This document shows, one piece after another, positions 58,976 to 64,000 of a stretch of 64,000 nucleotides of DNA. Position numbers and translations under genes: made by a program. The stretch is from an uncultured bacterium (lineage in GTDB: Bacteria; AUK180): positions 62,001 to 126,000 of the forward strand of contig CALMGJ010000011.1 of the NCBI GenBank assembly GCA_937863565.1. Reading direction: 5' to 3'. The notes beneath the pieces were generated by a model. It had not been told where the DNA came from and did no database searches. It saw nothing but the letters and a program-made list of their open reading frames with translations. Within the stretch, counting starts at the first letter, position 1. Every line of letters begins with the position of its first letter.

Positions 58976-59731
58976 TCAGATATCGAATCCCGCCTCCCTG
59001 AACTGTTTTTTTATCCTGCCATCCTCGGGATTCCACTGTCCCCATTTCCTGCATATATGTTCCGTCCATGAATAGCCTTTATAAGTAAAATTCTCTTTTT
59101 TCCCTTTGATAAGCGGTATTTTAGCATTTAGTTTTTTATAGTAATCCTGCCGGAGATACCCTTCGTCCATCTTCTTCATCGCCTTTGCGATGCTTTCATC
59201 TTTTATTTTATACTGTTCGCGGAACAGGACGAATTCGCGCGGATATCTCGGACGGACCGGCGGATCCTCATCGGGGAACCCTAGGGTCATCTGAACGAAG
59301 GGGAAAACCCTTTTAGGTATCCCGTATTTTTTCCTGATCGCCGAAGCGGCATACGGGGCATATCCCAGAAAACAGGTGCCGAGCCCGTGCGCTTCCGCGG
59401 CGAGCGCAAAATTCTGCGCAAAATAACAGGCATCCTCAAGACCCAATAAAAGGGAAAAAACATCATTTGTGACCCATTTCCAGCCGCGTTTTTTCATGAT
59501 GAGTTCGAATTTGTGTATGTCCACGCAGAATGTTAGAAGAACGGGCGCGCCGAAAGGAAGCGGTCCCTTTTTCGAAACGATGACCGAATAGGTCTGAGAT
59601 GCGAATGCCGCCTGCTGCGCAGCTTCGCATATCCTGTCTATCAGACGGTCGTTCACAGTGTTTTTTTTATATTTCCTTATCGATCTGTGTCCCTTCATAA
59701 CGGACAGGACTTCGTCCGCAGCGGGATGCAT
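58976..59731 (-). CDS. Nitroreductase family protein (NfsA-like)
   Basis: HRSIRKY, AQNFALAAEAHGLGTCFLG, LGFPDE...RPR; start could be 59731 or 59770. Confidence 0.88.
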   Translation of the reverse strand: MHPAADEVLSVMKGHRSIRKYKKNTVNDRLIDRICEAAQQAAFASQTYSVIVSKKGPLPFGAPVLLTFCVDIHKFELIMKKRGWKWVTNDVFSLLLGLEDACYFAQNFALAAEAHGLGTCFLGYAPYAASAIRKKYGIPKRVFPFVQMTLGFPDEDPPVRPRYPREFVLFREQYKIKDESIAKAMKKMDEGYLRQDYYKKLNAKIPLIKGKKENFTYKGYSWTEHICRKWGQWNPEDGRIKKQFREAGFDI

Positions 59732-59852
59732 TTTCCTTTCCCGGTTCTTTTTTTCTTTCATCTTTTGCACCTCTTTTTATTATACATCATCTTCCGGATT
59801 TCCTTAGTTTTGTATTTAATTTTCTTTTTTCGTATAATTCTTTTTAAGGGGT

Positions 59853-61115
59853 ATGAAAAGATCTTCTGACATAACACGCATTCCGACCGCAAATCCGGGG
59901 CCGGGCGGACGGCGGCGGCTTTTGATCTCCGCTTTTCTCGGGCAAGCAGAGGTCTTTCTTCTCATAGGGAAGAACTCTGATGCAAAAGAGAGCGCGCGCA
60001 GAGCGTGCGCGGCGGCCGTCGGGAATAGCGAAAGGGGCCTTCGTGCGCAAGCGCTTCTTCTTGAAGCAAGGGCGTGCGGCACTCTTTGCGACCTCTTGCA
60101 TATGAAAGAGGCGGCCGGAAATGCTCTCAATATTTTTTCAAGGATCGGCGACCGTCACGGCAAGGCGAATGCTCTGTCCGCAATAGGCACTTTTTATTTT
60201 CACCATAACGATTTGAAAAAGGCGGGATATTACTATAAACGGGCGCTTTCCGTCTTTTCCCGTTGCCGCGATGTGGAAGGCCGCGCACTCGTACTTTCAA
60301 ATATAGGATGTATTTGCTTTGCCCGGGGGGAATATGAGAAGGCGGCCGGGCTCTTTGAGAAAACCCTTGAATTGGCAGAACGGAAAGGAAGCGCCGCCGA
60401 TCTGGCGGATTTTTACATTCAAGCTGCCCTGCCGTACCGGGCGGTGGGAAAATATAGAAGATCGCTTCATCTGCTTGATAATGCGCTTGCTGTAGCGCGC
60501 CGGATCGGCGCGCGCACAAAAGAGGGCATAGCGGCCAACAATATAGCAAATTTCTATTATTATCTTAAAGATTACACGAAGATGGAGGAATATGCGTTTT
60601 TGTCGCTTAACATTTTCGCCGAGATCGATGACCCGAAAAACCGCGCATATGCCCACCTTACATTGGGGAACTGCTATCAGAAAACGAAAAGGTGCGGTTT
60701 GTCGGAACACCACTATAAGGAATGCTCACGGCTGGGTAAAATCACTGAGGATGTGAGTTTGACGGGAAAGGCAGAGAACAATCTCGGAAATCTGTTCTAT
60801 ATTCAAAACGATCTTTTGAAGGCCAAGAGGCATTATCTTAAGGCTTTGACCGTTTTCCTCCGGACTGGCGACGAACCCGGAGTGGCCGACGTATACAATA
60901 ATCTCGGATCGATAAAAGCCGAGCAGGGGAATAAACGGGAGGCCATTGCATTTTATTTGAAGGCGGCGGGTCTCTACGGAAAACTCGGGGATATCCCTTT
61001 TCTGGCCGGAGCATACAGAAATACGGCCGCCATATACTCCGAACTTCATGACAGTGAAAAGGAAAAATATTATCGTGAAAAGGCCGTGCTGGCAGAGCGG
61101 GATGGCAGGATTTGA
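59853..61115 (+). CDS. Tetratricopeptide repeat protein
   Basis: Repeated A..L.NIG/NNLG...G.Y.KA..YY.KAL helices spaced ~40 aa. Confidence 0.85.
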   Translation: MKRSSDITRIPTANPGPGGRRRLLISAFLGQAEVFLLIGKNSDAKESARRACAAAVGNSERGLRAQALLLEARACGTLCDLLHMKEAAGNALNIFSRIGDRHGKANALSAIGTFYFHHNDLKKAGYYYKRALSVFSRCRDVEGRALVLSNIGCICFARGEYEKAAGLFEKTLELAERKGSAADLADFYIQAALPYRAVGKYRRSLHLLDNALAVARRIGARTKEGIAANNIANFYYYLKDYTKMEEYAFLSLNIFAEIDDPKNRAYAHLTLGNCYQKTKRCGLSEHHYKECSRLGKITEDVSLTGKAENNLGNLFYIQNDLLKAKRHYLKALTVFLRTGDEPGVADVYNNLGSIKAEQGNKREAIAFYLKAAGLYGKLGDIPFLAGAYRNTAAIYSELHDSEKEKYYREKAVLAERDGRI

Positions 61116-61166
61116 TATTCCGTATTCCCCGCGGATCATCAAGCTATTCCAGCAGACCTTTCCGAA

Positions 61167-61619
61167 TCAGTAGTGTTTTTTCCCGAAAAGCGCCGGAACG
61201 GATAACAATACCGCCAGGGCCAGTGAAAAAAGGACTATGGCCTTTGGAGATATCCCCTTAACGACATTAATGACATGGTCGGCCTCACCTATAAAGGCAC
61301 TTAATTTTTTCCCGAATATGGCAAGAAAAGTGATAAAAAAACTTTCCAGAACGGCAATATTGACAACAAGGGCCCTTCTCATCTTTTTTTTCTGCTTCAA
61401 GTATTCCTCTTTCTCCCTGATAAGAGCCAAAGAAAGAGGCCTGGCATACTTTTCCTCGGGAAGAGCCGCGAAAATACCTTCAAGTGCGGCCTGCTTTTCA
61501 TATAGCGCGCGGCAGATGTTGCAGGCATCGGCATGCGCTTTTAATATTTTTCTTTCTTCCTCATCAAGCATTGAGATCTTTTTCGCAAGCAATAATTCAT
61601 TAAACTCTTTGCAGTTCAC
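61167..61619 (-). CDS. Zinc-finger (ZAS) anti-sigma factor with two TM helices
   Basis: MNCKE...HADACNIC (HxxxCxxC); overlaps the ECF sigma stop. Confidence 0.82.
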   Translation of the reverse strand: MNCKEFNELLLAKKISMLDEEERKILKAHADACNICRALYEKQAALEGIFAALPEEKYARPLSLALIREKEEYLKQKKKMRRALVVNIAVLESFFITFLAIFGKKLSAFIGEADHVINVVKGISPKAIVLFSLALAVLLSVPALFGKKHY

Positions 61620-62133
61620 AAGCCACCTCCCCTGCTTTTTTCCTTGCCCTGAAAAGGAGCACCTTCGCGTTAGCCTCAGAGACGCCTATTATCCGGGCAA
61701 GTTCCGCAATACTGAAGTCGTCAATATAAAAAAGAACGAGTATGTTCCTTTCCTTTTCCTTTAATTTCGAAAGGACCCTGTCAAGCTCGTCGTATTTGCC
61801 GACCGCCTGGTCCTTATCGGCAAAATCGATCTTTTCGGTGTCCAGCATTTCATGAATATGCCTTTTATTCTTTCTGTGAAGTTCAAGAGCCGTATTATAG
61901 GCTATTCTGTAGATCCATGTTGAAAGAGCGGCATCGCCCTTCATACTGCTGATGCCGTTGTAGATCCTGAACATCGTTTCCTGGCAGACATCGTCCGCAA
62001 AGAATGGATCGTGCCTCAGATTGTACGCCATTTTGTATATCCTGTGCCTGTATTCGCGGTATATCTCTTCATAGGCGTCATCCTCGCGGGCCCTAAGCCT
62101 TTCAATGAGCACGGCCTCTTCCGTGGCTGGCAT
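61600..62133 (-). CDS. ECF RNA polymerase sigma factor
   Basis: ADDVCQETM, LSTWIYRIAYN (region 2), FSIAELARIIGVSEANAKVLLFRAR (region 4). Confidence 0.93.
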   Translation of the reverse strand: MPATEEAVLIERLRAREDDAYEEIYREYRHRIYKMAYNLRHDPFFADDVCQETMFRIYNGISSMKGDAALSTWIYRIAYNTALELHRKNKRHIHEMLDTEKIDFADKDQAVGKYDELDRVLSKLKEKERNILVLFYIDDFSIAELARIIGVSEANAKVLLFRARKKAGEVACELQRV

Positions 62134-62151
62134 ATCGTTCGGGTCTTTGTA

Positions 62152-62496
62152 TTATTTTTCGGTATCTTTTTTCGAAAGCACGGATATCGCAAGAAACGCC
62201 AGGCCAAGAAGTATGATCACGAGCGTTCCAAGTGCGGGTTTCCAGCCGGCATTGACATATGCGGGAACGAAGGCGCCAAGCCCCAACGCGGTTATGATGA
62301 TGCCGGCATTTCTTGCCTGGATATGACCGGGTGTTTTTGAACGCTCTTCGAATTTCGGGACCTCGATCCCCTTTTCCATTGCCAGCATCCTCTCCTTATG
62401 GATCCTCTCCTTGTGTTTAGAATCAAAAACATGCACGATGAGCACTATGGCAACAGGTACTGCCAGGGCAAAGAACGGTACAAGAATGTCTTCCAT
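62152..62496 (-). CDS. DUF6249-like membrane protein
   Basis: ATG 62496 with GGAGG; TM helix, HKERMLAMEKG signature, two further TM helices; typical neighbour of ECF sigmas. Confidence 0.7.
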   Translation of the reverse strand: MEDILVPFFALAVPVAIVLIVHVFDSKHKERIHKERMLAMEKGIEVPKFEERSKTPGHIQARNAGIIITALGLGAFVPAYVNAGWKPALGTLVIILLGLAFLAISVLSKKDTEK

Positions 62497-62497
62497 T

Positions 62498-62644
62498 TCA
62501 ATACCTCCTATGGATTTTATCGTATTTGGGTGTTTTTTCAAAACCCTTTTGCATGAAAAGACCGGAATTCATGAGCGTTTCGCCTATAAAAGGCAGACCG
62601 AACATGAAAAACAATGTGGACAGACCAAGTGTCAATTCGTTCAT
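62498..62644 (-). CDS. Small hydrophobic protein, 48 aa (not in ORF track)
   Basis: MNELTLGLSTLFFMFGLPFIGETLMNSGLFMQKGFEKTPKYDKIHRRY; GGAGG RBS; stop 1 nt before next start. Confidence 0.6.
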   Translation of the reverse strand: MNELTLGLSTLFFMFGLPFIGETLMNSGLFMQKGFEKTPKYDKIHRRY

Positions 62645-62667
62645 AACAACCTCCGTGTTCCGACCCT

Positions 62668-62697
62668 TTAGATGCATTCGGATGCTGAAAGGTTACA
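62668..62697 (-). promoter_or_regulatory. Putative ECF-sigma autoregulatory promoter
   Basis: TGTAACC...GCATCTAA on the minus strand, resembling the AAC/-35 and (C/G)xTC/-10 ECF pattern. Confidence 0.55.
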
Positions 62698-62738
62698 AAA
62701 TATTTTTTTTTTCTCTGAAATTGTGTAGAATATACTGT

Positions 62739-64000
62739 ATGACTTCTGCAAAGAAAGGAAAAATTCTTAATAAAGAACCCGGTATTGCAAAGCCGTACAA
62801 TACGGGGAAGAAAAAGCGCAATGCAGCAGGGCACTGCCGGGAAAAAGACAATCCTCTTTCCGGGTTGTTCATGAAGGCTCTGGAACTCCGCAGCATGGTA
62901 TATAATATGATAAGCGATTTTAAAGGAGCCTTATCTGACAATAAAGCCATTATTGAAGGCGGTTTTCCTGCCCGGGAACAGGCGGCGGCGCATCTGAGGA
63001 CATCTACAATCCTTTTTAAAATGGGCAATAGCATCGGATCGCTCGCCGAAGCCGAGAAGGCCATCGCGATAGGCAGGAGAACGGGATTAACGGAATTCAT
63101 AGTGAGCGGGCACACCGCTTTCGCACGGGCATCATGGAGAGAGGGCCGTTATGAAGAGGCCTTGGGATTTTTAAAAAAGGCGAAAGACCTTTTGCGCAAT
63201 ATCGGTCCGGATGATCGCGAGCGCCTTGAAGGGTTCATCATGCACACCGAAGCGCTGATCCTGTGTTCATACGGGAAGTTCAATGAAGCGGAGAAGGTTT
63301 TTCAGAAAAACCTGAACATTCTTTTAAAGAACAAAGAGCTTCCAAATCAGGCTTCGGTGATGTACAATCTGGGAAGCATCCGTGAATCCGTCGGCGACTG
63401 GGATGGCGCTTTGAAATACTACGACGAGGCCGGGAGGCTTTACGACCGGATAGGCGACATTTCGGGAAAAGGGGACCTTCTCCTCAACCGGGGGAAGATC
63501 CTGAGCCTTCAGTTCCGCCATAAAGAGGCTTTGAAACTGTTGAAAGAGGCCTTGAGTATTTATGGCGATACGGGAGAACCGGAGGGCATTTCCCATACGC
63601 AGCTTGCGATCGGCCTGCAGTATAAATCGCTGGGGGACATAGAACAGGCCGTTAATTACCTTGAAAAAAGCCTGGAAACTGCATCCGCTATAGGCGAAAT
63701 GACATTGATCGTTTCTTCTCTTGTCAATCTTTTGAACATCCGTCTCGATTCCGGCGACACCGAAATATGCCTTTCCTATTTCAAAAAAGGGGAAGAATAC
63801 CGGTCTTACATCGAGAAGAACACCTTCCTTTTCATCCATTATCTCAGCGTGAAAGCAAAGTATCTCAAGATATCCGGGGATAGGGACGGCGCCGTGGCCA
63901 TCTTCGACAAGATCATCGACCGGGCCAGGGAGCGCCGGATGTGGGAGGAATATTTCTCTTTCTATGCCTCTTTGGCCGAATTGATCTCGGAAGGGCCTCC
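62739..64000 (+). CDS. Tetratricopeptide repeat protein (3' end runs off the window; absent from ORF track)
   Basis: Open frame from ATG 62739 (alternative 62871): ...GRYEEALGFLKKA...MYNLGSIRESVGDWDGALKYYDEA...AVNYLEKSLE... Confidence 0.8.
   Translation, partial: MTSAKKGKILNKEPGIAKPYNTGKKKRNAAGHCREKDNPLSGLFMKALELRSMVYNMISDFKGALSDNKAIIEGGFPAREQAAAHLRTSTILFKMGNSIGSLAEAEKAIAIGRRTGLTEFIVSGHTAFARASWREGRYEEALGFLKKAKDLLRNIGPDDRERLEGFIMHTEALILCSYGKFNEAEKVFQKNLNILLKNKELPNQASVMYNLGSIRESVGDWDGALKYYDEAGRLYDRIGDISGKGDLLLNRGKILSLQFRHKEALKLLKEALSIYGDTGEPEGISHTQLAIGLQYKSLGDIEQAVNYLEKSLETASAIGEMTLIVSSLVNLLNIRLDSGDTEICLSYFKKGEEYRSYIEKNTFLFIHYLSVKAKYLKISGDRDGAVAIFDKIIDRARERRMWEEYFSFYASLAELISEGP

Noticed and set aside
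1-64000. Alternative genetic code, selenocysteine read-through or frameshifted genes
   Set aside because: TGA ends full-length proteins (tyrS, folP, pgk) at expected positions; no split genes seen

Overview
Chromosomal window of a diderm, LPS-producing bacterium (lpxC, AsmA, TonB-dependent receptor, several beta-barrels; standard code 11). The lineage cannot be assigned without a search; the divergent sequences suggest a poorly characterised phylum. Most of the window is housekeeping: ppiD/surA-like-tyrS-glnA, TPR-mreBCD, lpxC, a long ispH-thyX-ackA-DUF1573-dnaE-OMP-accA-pfkA-folP-asmA run, four GT4 glycosyltransferases, rfbD-rel-pgeF-Mth938, gap-pgk-tpiA-secG-tRNA-Leu, and an ECF sigma/anti-sigma locus. 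The most notable content is two modules that pair a PorV/PorQ-like barrel with large acidic secreted proteins carrying a shared T9SS-type-A-like C-terminal domain. One module also has a TonB-dependent receptor. The other is preceded by a ~2,900-aa protein with lamin-tail domains, two HKD (PLD/nuclease) motifs, a TolB-like propeller and a ZU5-like domain whose HFS autoproteolysis motif lies just before the sorting domain. There is also a repeat-rich non-coding island downstream of tRNA-Gln (duplicated tRNA 3' ends, 21-bp and 7-bp tandem repeats), a candidate sRNA, an unannotated 48-aa ORF behind an ECF-type promoter, and a symmetric bidirectional promoter. No CRISPR array, integrase or transposase was seen. 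All family calls are by motif recognition, not database search.
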